A DNA stretch of 32,000 bases. Origin: an uncultured Fibrobacterota bacterium (lineage in GTDB: Bacteria > Fibrobacterota > Fibrobacteria > Fibrobacterales > Fibrobacteraceae). Each line of letters begins with the position of its first letter. Within the stretch, counting starts at the first letter, position 1. Positions 18,945 through 27,088 of the stretch are shown here, piece by piece. The DNA lies in the NCBI GenBank assembly GCA_903876665.1, contig CAIRAY010000093.1, forward strand, positions 5,685-37,684, in the 5' to 3' direction. A program made the position numbers and the translations under genes. The notes below the pieces were generated by a model. It had not been told where the DNA came from and made no database searches. It worked only from the letters and a program-made list of their open reading frames with translations.

Positions 18945-20489
18945 CTATTTACCACTCTTGGCAGGTTTCTTTTCTTCACCCTGGGCTAGCCAGGAGCGTA
19001 GCAATTCCGCGACGACCAGAGGATTGGAAACGGTGTAATCCTCTAGCTTTTGCAGAAGCTCGTTATGGCGCTTGACCCGCTCGGGAACTTCCTGCTTTTC
19101 ATCTTCCAGGTTGATTCCGGCAAATTTGGGCACGGGCGGATTCATGGCTTCGATCATGCCCACCGCGACCTTGCGCAGGAACACGAAGGCCAGCAAAAGA
19201 ATCAGGACAATAGTTCCACGTAATGCCCAGGTTTCGTAGACTTCGCGTTGCTCCATTCCTTCCAAAGCCTGCATTTCGTCTTCCACGTCGGAGCGGTCAA
19301 ACTGCACGGAAGCAACGAAGACGTCGTCGTTGCGCTCGGTGGAGAAGCCAACCGCATTACGCACAAGCTGGTTTAGAACTTGAATTTCATCGGGGGAGCG
19401 TGGCTTGAAAATCTTTTTGCCATCGGAACCCTTTTCGTAGGAGCCATCGACGGCCACGGACACAGTGAGGCGTTTGGTGGTGCCTGGACTCGAGACAATT
19501 TGCGACATGGTCCGGTTGATTTCGTAGTTGGTTATCGAGCCTTCCTTGGTCTCGTTGCCCACGATTGGGCTGTTGGTCTTGCTGCCGTCGTCGCGTTGTT
19601 CGGAGCGCACGACTTTTTTGGAAGGATCGTAGGTTTCGACGGTTTTGTTGATCTGGTCGAAGTCGAGTTCGGCACTAACTTTGACGCGGGATTTATTGGG
19701 ACCGACTACGCCGTCCAGAATCATCATGATCTGGGCTTCCATGTTGGCTTCGACGCCACGCTTGAGTTCCTGGTTGTGATCGGTGGCTTCGGCAACCACA
19801 TTGTCGGCAAAGCCACGGGTGAGCATGCTTCCATGATCGTCAAGAATGGTGACTTGGCGGGCACGCAAGCCTTCTACCGCGCTGGCCACCAGGTGCTGGA
19901 TTCCTTTGATCTGGCGTTCCTTAAGGTCTTGGCCGGGACGTAATTTCAATATTACCGAAGCGGTCGCTTCCTCTTTCTTTTCCATGAAGATGGTTTGTTT
20001 GGGAATGCTGATATGCACGCGGGCACCCTCGATTTCGCGAAAGGTTTCGATGGAGCGCATGAGTTCGGTTTCGACCGCACGCCGGTAATTGAGGTTCTGG
20101 GTAAAGTCGGTCATGCCCAATTGGCTTTTGTCGAACAACTCGTAGCCCTTGCCTTGTTCCCGTGGAAGGCCTGCGCGTGCAAGGTTCATGCGAATTTCAT
20201 GAATCGATTCCTTGGCTACGAGAATGGATCGGCCATCGTTGTCGAGCTCATACTCGAACTTGCCTTCCTTGAGGAATCCGGTGATTTCGGCAGCATCGCT
20301 GAGTTCCAGGTTTGCAAACAAAGTGGCTTTGCCAGAATCGCCTCCGCCAAACCCTTGAATGGAAATCACCACGACCAGCGCAATGAAGGTAATGCCAAGG
20401 ACCGCAACGATCAATCCCTTCTGCAAAGGATTGAAACGAACCCAAATATCGCGGAACTGTGTGAGTAGTTGTTTAAAAAATTCTGACAT
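18945..20489 (-). CDS. fliF: Flagellar M-ring protein FliF
   Basis: GDSGKATLFANLELSDAAEITGFLKEGKFEYEL, VHISIPKQTIFMEKKEEATASVILKLRPGQ, KRLTVSVAVDG, plus C-terminal TM segment. Confidence 0.95.
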   Translation of the reverse strand: MSEFFKQLLTQFRDIWVRFNPLQKGLIVAVLGITFIALVVVISIQGFGGGDSGKATLFANLELSDAAEITGFLKEGKFEYELDNDGRSILVAKESIHEIRMNLARAGLPREQGKGYELFDKSQLGMTDFTQNLNYRRAVETELMRSIETFREIEGARVHISIPKQTIFMEKKEEATASVILKLRPGQDLKERQIKGIQHLVASAVEGLRARQVTILDDHGSMLTRGFADNVVAEATDHNQELKRGVEANMEAQIMMILDGVVGPNKSRVKVSAELDFDQINKTVETYDPSKKVVRSEQRDDGSKTNSPIVGNETKEGSITNYEINRTMSQIVSSPGTTKRLTVSVAVDGSYEKGSDGKKIFKPRSPDEIQVLNQLVRNAVGFSTERNDDVFVASVQFDRSDVEDEMQALEGMEQREVYETWALRGTIVLILLLAFVFLRKVAVGMIEAMNPPVPKFAGINLEDEKQEVPERVKRHNELLQKLEDYTVSNPLVVAELLRSWLAQGEEKKPAKSGK

Positions 20490-20599
20490 AAGTTTCGACT
20501 CTCCGCATTAAGATAGTCACATTTGCGATGAAATGCCATATCTTGTTTAAAATCAACAAGTTAAGAGTAGCGAAATTTGTGCCGAAAGAAGGGAGGTAC

Positions 20600-20804
20600 A
20601 AGTGGAAAGTGAACAGCCCGGGTTGCGGATCGGTTGGCTAGTGGAATACACAGGGGTGTATAAGTTCCCGTATTCCGCCTGGGCGGAACGGTCACTATTA
20701 AGTGGAAAATTGCGAAATGTATTCTCTTTCAGGGAAATTTGCCCGCAATTTTCCGTTTTCCACTAGGGTGTCGTGCAGAGAATCTGGCTGTTCACTTTCC
20801 ACTT
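20600..20804. repeat. 205-bp segment bounded by perfect 19-bp inverted repeats, MITE/REP-like, inside the flagellar operon
   Basis: AAGTGGAAAGTGAACAGCC at 20600-20618 and its exact reverse complement at 20786-20804. Nested inverted repeats at 20638-20646/20758-20766, 20643-20649/20670-20676, 20701-20709/20756-20764 and 20704-20714/20744-20754. Confidence 0.75.
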
Positions 20805-20808
20805 CTCC

Positions 20809-21117
20809 TTAGCTTCTCATCCGGATCAATTCGCTGTAGGCATCCATGGTTTTGTTGCGGATTTCGAGCATCAGGTTGAAGGCGACCTTGGCTTCTTCTA
20901 CGGCGAGCATGACCTGGTGGACGTCCTTGACTTCGCCGGCGACCATCTTCTGGATCGAAGTGTCAGCGGTCTTTTGCATTTGATTGACATCGGTCATGAA
21001 ACCCTTGAGCATGTCGTCGAATTTGGGAGCGCCCGCTTTCCCGGGAGAGGATATCTTGGGATCAAGCTCCGTGGGTCCTTGGGGAATTAGGCCTTTAATC
21101 ATTTCTAGTTCATTCAT
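20809..21117 (-). CDS. fliE: Flagellar hook-basal body complex protein FliE
   Basis: FDDMLKGFMTDVNQMQKTADTSIQKMVAGEVKDVHQVMLAVEEAKVAFNLMLEIRNKTMDAYSELIRM. Confidence 0.94.
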   Translation of the reverse strand: MNELEMIKGLIPQGPTELDPKISSPGKAGAPKFDDMLKGFMTDVNQMQKTADTSIQKMVAGEVKDVHQVMLAVEEAKVAFNLMLEIRNKTMDAYSELIRMRS

Positions 21118-21133
21118 ATTCTTATCCTCGAAC

Positions 21134-21448
21134 TTAGGCGCGCATGTCGATCAAATTTCCGATTTTTCGGATGGGCATGCCGGTAGCGGCTTGGGCCCGT
21201 AGGGATTCCGCCCGGGACTGGTAGTCTCCTTGGGCAAACTTGGGTGCCATCGTTTGACTGGCCACGGCTTTGGCGGGGGCGGTCTGCTGCTGGGGTGCAA
21301 TTCCCATTTCCCGGCGTTTGGATTCAAGCAGAGCCTGCCAATCCGAAACCTGGGTAGACTTGGCTGGAGCGGCAGCCGCAGGTGTCTGCATCCGGGCTTG
21401 GGCGCTTTCGCGAAGTTTCATGAATTGTTGCAGTGCGACGGGATCCAT
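21134..21448 (-). CDS. Hypothetical protein in the flagellar operon between flgC and fliE
   Basis: 104-aa ORF tightly packed between flgC (stop at 21450) and fliE (start at 21117). Low-complexity Ala/Gln/Pro centre and C-terminus GMPIRKIGNLIDMRA. Confidence 0.75.
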   Translation of the reverse strand: MDPVALQQFMKLRESAQARMQTPAAAAPAKSTQVSDWQALLESKRREMGIAPQQQTAPAKAVASQTMAPKFAQGDYQSRAESLRAQAATGMPIRKIGNLIDMRA

Positions 21449-21449
21449 A

Positions 21450-21962
21450 TTAGAGCTCCAGTGCCTTGGTGAGCATGGCTTTGGTGGAGTTGAATGCGGT
21501 CACATTGGCTTCATAAGCGCGGGACGCTGTGATCATGTCAACCATTTCTTCAATCACATTTACATTGGGCATGGCCACATAACCTTTTTCGTCGGCGTCG
21601 GGGTGGCTGGGGTCGTAGACCATGCGCAGGGGCGCGTCATCCTTCACGATTCCGGCAACCTTGACGCCCGAGCCAATGTTTTCCTGGGCTAGAGGCCACT
21701 CGGGCTGGGGAATGTTCATGTGTCCGTTCTGGGTTTTGCGTCCACCGATTTTATCTTGTTCCTTCACCAGGAACTGGTCAAATTCAACTGGATCCGCTTC
21801 GAGCTGGACTCGTTGACGGCGGTAAGGGCCACCTTCGGCGGTGCGGGTAGTTTCGGCATTGGCCAGGTTCGAAGAGATGACGTTCTGGCGAATGCGCTGA
21901 GCCCGTAAGCCCGAGGCGCTGATGTCTAAACCGGTAAAAAATCCAACAAGAGGCATAATCAT
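21450..21962 (-). CDS. flgC: Flagellar basal-body rod protein FlgC
   Basis: GFFTGLDISASGLRAQRIRQNVISSNLANAETTRTAEGGPYRRQRV, YDPSHPDADEKGYVAMPNVNVIEEMVDMITASRAYEANVTAFNSTKAM. Confidence 0.96.
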   Translation of the reverse strand: MIMPLVGFFTGLDISASGLRAQRIRQNVISSNLANAETTRTAEGGPYRRQRVQLEADPVEFDQFLVKEQDKIGGRKTQNGHMNIPQPEWPLAQENIGSGVKVAGIVKDDAPLRMVYDPSHPDADEKGYVAMPNVNVIEEMVDMITASRAYEANVTAFNSTKAMLTKALEL

Positions 21963-21972
21963 TCCTTAGGTC

Positions 21973-22449
21973 TTAAGTGACCTTTCCCGCAGAAGTAATT
22001 TTTTCCAACTGACTGCGAATAAAGCGCGCATCAAAGCTATATGCGAGCTGGTTTTCAGCCAGTTTGGACATTTCCATATCAATATCGACATTGTTCACTT
22101 CGCCCGGCTTGGTGGGGTCTTCGGGACGGTAGGCAAAAGGCTTGAGCATATCCAATTCAGGTCGTCCTAAACGGATGTGGTTGGGATCGGTACGGTCGCC
22201 GGCCACTTGTTTCTTATCGAGAGCCTTGCGAAGCTGTTCTTCAAAATTGACTTCGATGCGCTGGAACCCAGGGGTAGTCACATTGGCCAAATTATCGGCA
22301 ATTGCCTTACCACGCAGAGTACCAGCGTCCAGCCCTTTGGCGGCTACCGGGATGCTCGTGTGGTCGAATATGGTCAGTTTTGCAAGCATAGACAGTCCTT
22401 CTAAAGACTGCTTTGCGAATTCCATGCCATAAGGGTTCATCTGCGTCAC
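21973..22449 (-). CDS. flgB: Flagellar basal-body rod protein FlgB
   Basis: DHTSIPVAAKGLDAGTLRGKAIADNLANVTTPGFQRIEVNFEEQLRKAL, NNVDIDMEMSKLAENQLAYSFDARFI. GTG start at 22449 or ATG at 22440. Confidence 0.93.
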   Translation of the reverse strand: MTQMNPYGMEFAKQSLEGLSMLAKLTIFDHTSIPVAAKGLDAGTLRGKAIADNLANVTTPGFQRIEVNFEEQLRKALDKKQVAGDRTDPNHIRLGRPELDMLKPFAYRPEDPTKPGEVNNVDIDMEMSKLAENQLAYSFDARFIRSQLEKITSAGKVT

Positions 22450-22512
22450 TCCCTCGCAAACGTTGGTCTAGTGCACTGTTTCGCATGAGCGACCCGCCTT
22501 CCTAGGGCCACG

Positions 22513-22576
22513 GGCAAAATTTGCTCCCGGTCACCCGGCAAAACCTGCCTAGCAGGCAAAACTTGCCGTGGCAATA
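22513..22576. promoter_or_regulatory. Cluster of short palindromes with repeated GGCAAAA boxes in a divergent intergenic region
   Basis: GGCAAAA at 22513, 22537 and 22555, GGCAATA at 22570; palindromes GCAAAATTTGC (22514-22524), CCTGCctaGCAGG (22544-22556), GGCAAaacTTGCC (22555-22567). Confidence 0.35.
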
Positions 22577-22651
22577 ACTTCCCCTATTCAGAGTATCGGC
22601 ACCTGGGTCGAAAATCTTAACGAGGTTTTTTCATTTGGCTAACTTTGCGAG

Positions 22652-22912
22652 ATGCAAAAGAGCAAAAAGACCCAATCCGCAATTCTGGTGGCCAAAAACC
22701 TGTTTTCGGACCGCCTTCAGAAATATTTGGAGGAGGAGCATGGGGTCAGCATCGGAAAATTCGAGGCGGAAGAAATATTTGAAGAATCCTTCAAGACCAT
22801 TGCGCCCATCCTGTACAACCAGGCCCTTCTAGATGCCAAGGAGTTCTTTCAGGAGCGCTTCGCGGACTTGTCTGAAGATGTAATCCAGCTTGAGATATCC
22901 GCGGAGAAGTGA
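22652..22912 (+). CDS. DUF2164-like small protein
   Basis: 86-aa ORF; YLEEEHGVSIGKFEAEEIFEESFKTIAPILYNQALLDAKEFFQERFADL matches the general pattern of DUF2164 proteins. Confidence 0.75.
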   Translation: MQKSKKTQSAILVAKNLFSDRLQKYLEEEHGVSIGKFEAEEIFEESFKTIAPILYNQALLDAKEFFQERFADLSEDVIQLEISAEK

Positions 22913-22944
22913 TATAATCTATGTTAAACTCAAGTACACTTGAG
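22890..22944 (+). promoter_or_regulatory. Sigma70-like promoter followed by a 16-bp palindrome, candidate operator
   Basis: TTGAGA (22890-22895)-N17-TATAAT (22913-22918), then CTCAAGT-AC-ACTTGAG (22929-22944), 20 bp before the LOG gene ATG. Confidence 0.6.
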
Positions 22945-22963
22945 AAACTAGAGGATATTCACC

Positions 22964-23812
22964 ATGCATGAACCGATGACATCGTCGCCTCTCCTGGCCC
23001 ACGAAAATAAAGAATTTCTGAACTCGGCCCAAGGGCGGCAGGTCCGCATCCTTTCCGAATTCATCGCTCCCGATGTGAATTTCGAACGGGCCAAAGTCTA
23101 CCATACCATGGTGTTCTTCGGTTCGGCACGTATTCTGCCCCATGATGTGTTGAATGAAATGCGTGCATCGCTCAACCCCATGCGTGCCGAAGACGCACCC
23201 AAGCTTGCTCGTCTAGCTAAACTCGAGCCACTTTGTCGCTACTACGAGGACTCGAGGGAACTAGCCCGCAGGCTTAGTGTCTGGGGCAAGGCGCGCCCGG
23301 AGCGCTATTCCGTCTGTACCGGGGGTGGTCCAGGCATTATGGAAGCCGGCAATCGTGGTGCCTTCGATGCCAAGAGTCCCAACATCGGGCTCAACATCCA
23401 ACTCCCTTTTGAACAACACCCCAATCCGTATATCAGTCCCGAGCTGAATTTCCAATTCCGCTACTTCTTCATCCGCAAATTCTGGTTCCTCTTCAAGGCG
23501 CGCTGCCTGGTCGGATTCCCTGGCGGCTGGGGCACCCTGGACGAGCTCTTTGAAACCCTGACCCTCATGCAGACCGGCAAAATCGACAAGATGCCCGTCC
23601 TCATTTTCGGGACCGAGTATTGGAAGAGACTAATCAACTGGGAGCAGCTGATTGAAACGGGCATGATTGACGAAGCCGACATGAAGCTGTTCCATTTCAG
23701 CGACTCGGTGGACGATGCCTTCCAATGGCTGATTACCGAAATGGAGCGTATTGCGCCCACGGTGGAAGGGCGCAACGAAGTGTTGGGCCACTCCTTTGGG
23801 AGCATTCAGTAA
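22964..23812 (+). CDS. LOG family protein (TIGR00730-like Rossmann fold nucleosidase/phosphoribohydrolase)
   Basis: CTGGGPGIMEAGNRGAFDA and VGFPGGWGTLDELFETLTLMQTGKI motifs. Confidence 0.9.
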   Translation: MHEPMTSSPLLAHENKEFLNSAQGRQVRILSEFIAPDVNFERAKVYHTMVFFGSARILPHDVLNEMRASLNPMRAEDAPKLARLAKLEPLCRYYEDSRELARRLSVWGKARPERYSVCTGGGPGIMEAGNRGAFDAKSPNIGLNIQLPFEQHPNPYISPELNFQFRYFFIRKFWFLFKARCLVGFPGGWGTLDELFETLTLMQTGKIDKMPVLIFGTEYWKRLINWEQLIETGMIDEADMKLFHFSDSVDDAFQWLITEMERIAPTVEGRNEVLGHSFGSIQ

Positions 23813-23828
23813 CCCATGAGGGGATTTT

Positions 23829-24935
23829 TTGCTTAGAACCTTACTGTCTGAAATGTTTGATCGTTTTTCCCGTAGGTTGACCCTCCGGGAACATTGCTCC
23901 CAAATGGAATACCAATATTGGATTGATCGCAATCCAACCTTTCTGCAACACGATTCCATCGAACGCATCAAGCTTGGCCGCAGGCTCAACATGGTCGGCA
24001 CCAACGATGTGTTTTTGGCCAGCAACTGGATCGAGCGGACTACCGGCGAGGCCCGCACTCCATCGCGCGAAATCGTGGTCAAAATCTGCAAGTACTGGGC
24101 TCCTGCGGGCAAAGGCCGCCATCATCGCCTCAATATGATTCTTGCGGCTTTCCAAGACGAAATCCGCATTAACAACCTGGTGCGCGCCACCAACATCGAA
24201 GGCGTAGTGCAGAGCTTTGGCGGGGGCCAGGCTGGTCGTTACCCCTTCCTCAAAATGGAATACATCAAGGGCGTTCCTCTCGACAAAACCTTCCGCACCG
24301 ACATCGATGAGACCGAGCTGATTGGGCGCATGGCCAAGCTTGCGTACCTAGCCAACAGCATTAGCCAGCTCCATTACTATGAAGTGGTGCACAAGGATCT
24401 CAAACCCAAAAATCTTTTGCTGAGTCAAGACGAAGCGCACCACAATAACCATAAGATTCTGATCTGCGACTTTGGTTTCGCCCAGGCCAAGATCCGCGAA
24501 AGCGTGACGGAATACGGTGGCCAGATGAGCCCTGGCTATTCCGCTCCAGAGCAGGCGGTTCAAGGCGGAGAAACATTGGGTGCCATGGTGGATTATTTCT
24601 CTTTTGGCGTCATTATGCATGAGTATTTGACTGGCTACAACTTGTTTCCTCAGTCCATGCAAATATTTCTTGAGGATAATTATCGCATTACGGATCGTTA
24701 CCTGAACCACTTGCGCGATGGTCGCGTGAACCGCTTTGCCCATCCCAAATGGGGTGCCGAAATTTGTGGGTGGATTAATGCCCTCACGACTTATGATTCC
24801 AATGACCGTCGTCAAAAGTGCCCCGACCTGTTCCATATTGCGCACCGCTTGCGTGAGCTGGTGAACGAGACCGGATTCCGCGATATCAATACGGACTTTT
24901 TGTGGAATCAATTGAAGGAATACGGCAAGGCTTAA
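23829..24935 (+). CDS. Serine/threonine protein kinase-like protein, apparently soluble
   Basis: IVVKICKYW (catalytic Lys), YYEVVHKDLKPKNLLLS catalytic loop, ICDFGFAQ (DFG), YSAPEQ and VDYFSFGVIMHEYLTG. An alternative start is at 23853. Confidence 0.88.
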   Translation: MLRTLLSEMFDRFSRRLTLREHCSQMEYQYWIDRNPTFLQHDSIERIKLGRRLNMVGTNDVFLASNWIERTTGEARTPSREIVVKICKYWAPAGKGRHHRLNMILAAFQDEIRINNLVRATNIEGVVQSFGGGQAGRYPFLKMEYIKGVPLDKTFRTDIDETELIGRMAKLAYLANSISQLHYYEVVHKDLKPKNLLLSQDEAHHNNHKILICDFGFAQAKIRESVTEYGGQMSPGYSAPEQAVQGGETLGAMVDYFSFGVIMHEYLTGYNLFPQSMQIFLEDNYRITDRYLNHLRDGRVNRFAHPKWGAEICGWINALTTYDSNDRRQKCPDLFHIAHRLRELVNETGFRDINTDFLWNQLKEYGKA

Positions 24936-24976
24936 GGTTTCCGTATTATTCAATCATTCTGTCATAAAGGCTTTTC

Positions 24977-25708
24977 ATGTTTAAAAATTTCCCCAAGCAA
25001 AGGCCACCACTCCCTGCGGCGATTCAGGCGATTTATTCTAGCCAGTACAAATCCAACCGCAATGGCAGCACCACTGCGGCTTCCTTGGCGCAGCGCATGG
25101 AAGAATGGCTTCACCGCAAGGTGGCCAGCGATGTCGGCTCTCCAAATGATGCATACAAAGTTACACTCGAACTCGGTGCTGGAACTCTCAACCAGTTAAA
25201 GTACGAACCGAATTTGATTACCTATGACATCGTAGAGCCGTTTAGGGATCTGTTCCGTGATTCCCCAAGCCTCAGTCGGATTCGAAACGTATTTGCTGAC
25301 ATTTCCGAAATCCCCTGTAGCCCCGGTTACGACCGTATCACATCCGTGGCGGTTCTGGAACATGTATGTAACCTGCCCGAAGTTATTGCGAAAGCCGGAC
25401 TCCTGTTGAACCCAAACGGCGTATTTCGAGCAAGCATCCCCAATGAAGGGACGTTTCTATGGACTCTAGGCTGGAAATTGACCACAGGGCTAGAGTTCAA
25501 GCTGAAGCACGGACTGGATTACGGGATATTGATGAAGCATGAACATGTCAATACGGCCGATGAAATTGAACAGGTATTGAAGCATTTTTTTAAAGATGTT
25601 TCTTGTAAGGTATTTGGGGTGTGCAAGGGTATCGCGTTGTATCGCTACTTCGAGTGCAAAAACCCACAGCTAGGTCTCTGCAATGAATTCCCTTCGTCAT
25701 CGCGATAA
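24977..25708 (+). CDS. SAM-dependent class I methyltransferase
   Basis: TLELGAGTLNQLKYEPNLITYDIVEPF (motif I/II), DRITSVAVLEHVCNLPEVIAKAGLLLNPNGVFRASIPNEG. Confidence 0.82.
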   Translation: MFKNFPKQRPPLPAAIQAIYSSQYKSNRNGSTTAASLAQRMEEWLHRKVASDVGSPNDAYKVTLELGAGTLNQLKYEPNLITYDIVEPFRDLFRDSPSLSRIRNVFADISEIPCSPGYDRITSVAVLEHVCNLPEVIAKAGLLLNPNGVFRASIPNEGTFLWTLGWKLTTGLEFKLKHGLDYGILMKHEHVNTADEIEQVLKHFFKDVSCKVFGVCKGIALYRYFECKNPQLGLCNEFPSSSR

Positions 25709-26123
25709 ACTGGTGCGTTACCTATTCGTCGGAGGCTCCGCAGCGGTAGTCGATTTTGTGGTGTTTGTTGTGGTTTTGCATCTCCTGACCATGGTCAACT
25801 TTGCGACGAGTGGGACTTCCCCTTTTTATCCGGAGCAACTGGCAAATGCCGCTTCGCTTCTCTGCGGCTTCCTTTTCAGTTTTTTCCTGCATCGCTTTTG
25901 GTCTTTTCGGTCCACAGGAAACCCGTATCCCCAGCTGGCCAAAACGATCCTGCTGGTGATCATCAACACCGCAGTCAGTAGCGCTCTGATTTCCGTCCTC
26001 GCTCGCGACTTTGGCTTGAACATCAAAATTGCAAAGCTGATTTTGCAAGGGCTTGTTGCTTCTTGGAATTATCTAATTTTCAATTACCTGATTTACAATT
26101 CAAGAAAACGATGCAGTCCATGA
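25683..26123 (+). CDS. GtrA family membrane protein
   Basis: KLVRYLFVGGSAAVVDFVVF, SFFLHRFWSFRS, four hydrophobic segments and C-terminal SWNYLIFNYLIY. Confidence 0.88.
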   Translation: MNSLRHRDKLVRYLFVGGSAAVVDFVVFVVVLHLLTMVNFATSGTSPFYPEQLANAASLLCGFLFSFFLHRFWSFRSTGNPYPQLAKTILLVIINTAVSSALISVLARDFGLNIKIAKLILQGLVASWNYLIFNYLIYNSRKRCSP

Positions 26124-27082
26124 ATCAATTGCTTTCTGTAGTTATCCCTGTCTATAACGAAGGCGAGGGAATCGCCCACGCCATTCAACAAATCAGCAAA
26201 ACCCTGGTTCAAGCAAATATTCCTCACGAATTTGTCCTGGTGGACGATGGATCCCGGGATCACTCCTGGGATGAATTGTTAAAGCTTGCCAAGGGCAGTG
26301 ACAATATTCTCTCGGTAAAGTTGAGTCGGAATTTTGGAAAAGAAGCGGCTCTCTGTGCTGGCCTCGATCATGCCAAGGGGGCCTGTTGCCTTTGTATGGA
26401 CTCCGATTTGCAGCACCCCCCCGAAATCATCCCCGAAATGTACCGGCTTTGGAAGGATGATGGCGTTGAGGTGGTCGAAGGAATCAAGAAGCATCGGGGT
26501 CGCGAATCCATTTCATACAAACTAAGCGCAAAGATATTTTATCAGCTTCTCAAAAAGACATCTGGAATCAACCTTGAAAACGCCTCGGATTTCCGCCTGC
26601 TCGACCGTGTGGCTGTAGAGGCTTGGAAGTCCCTCCCCGAACGGTCCACCTTTTTTCGGGGAATGTCCACATGGATTGGATTTTCCCGGGCCCAGGTAAG
26701 TTTTGTCGTCGCTCCGCGTGAAAATGGATCCACCAAGTGGTCATTCTTTCGACTTGCGCGCCTAGGTCTCAGCGCCATCACCTCTTTCTCTGCCGCCCCC
26801 CTTTACCTCTCCGCAACCATAGGCTGCGCGTTCCTGTTTCTTTTTGTTCTCCTTTTGGGATGGACTTTGTACATGAAATTCATGGGAATTGCTGCAGACG
26901 GATTCACCACGGTAATTTCCCTCCAACTCATTGTCGGAGGGTTGTTATTGTTAAGTGTTGGGGTCATTGGCATTTATCTGGAAAAAATTTACGAGGAAGT
27001 GAAAGGGCGTCCGCGTTATTTGATTCACCGCGTTGTAGCTCGAAATCCAACTTCATCCAACTCCATCGTCCGTGAGGGATAA
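26111..27082 (+). CDS. Family 2 glycosyltransferase (GtrB/DPM1-like, polyprenyl-phosphate sugar synthase type)
   Basis: LLSVVIPVYNEGEGIAHAI, FVLVDDGSRDHSWDEL, SRNFGKEAALCAGLDHAKGACCLCMDSDLQHPPE, two C-terminal TM segments. The start may be 26111 or 26120. Confidence 0.92.
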   Translation: MQSMNQLLSVVIPVYNEGEGIAHAIQQISKTLVQANIPHEFVLVDDGSRDHSWDELLKLAKGSDNILSVKLSRNFGKEAALCAGLDHAKGACCLCMDSDLQHPPEIIPEMYRLWKDDGVEVVEGIKKHRGRESISYKLSAKIFYQLLKKTSGINLENASDFRLLDRVAVEAWKSLPERSTFFRGMSTWIGFSRAQVSFVVAPRENGSTKWSFFRLARLGLSAITSFSAAPLYLSATIGCAFLFLFVLLLGWTLYMKFMGIAADGFTTVISLQLIVGGLLLLSVGVIGIYLEKIYEEVKGRPRYLIHRVVARNPTSSNSIVREG

Positions 27083-27088
27083 TTCAAA

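Noticed and set aside
22510-22580. Sigma54 promoter for the flagellar operon
   Set aside because: The GGCA...TTGC-type words do not have the required GG-N10-GC spacing in any reading I could make, so I do not call a promoter.
24348-24953. 201-aa minus-strand ORF over the kinase 3' half
   Set aside because: Antisense to the kinase catalytic region. The sequence has no supporting features.
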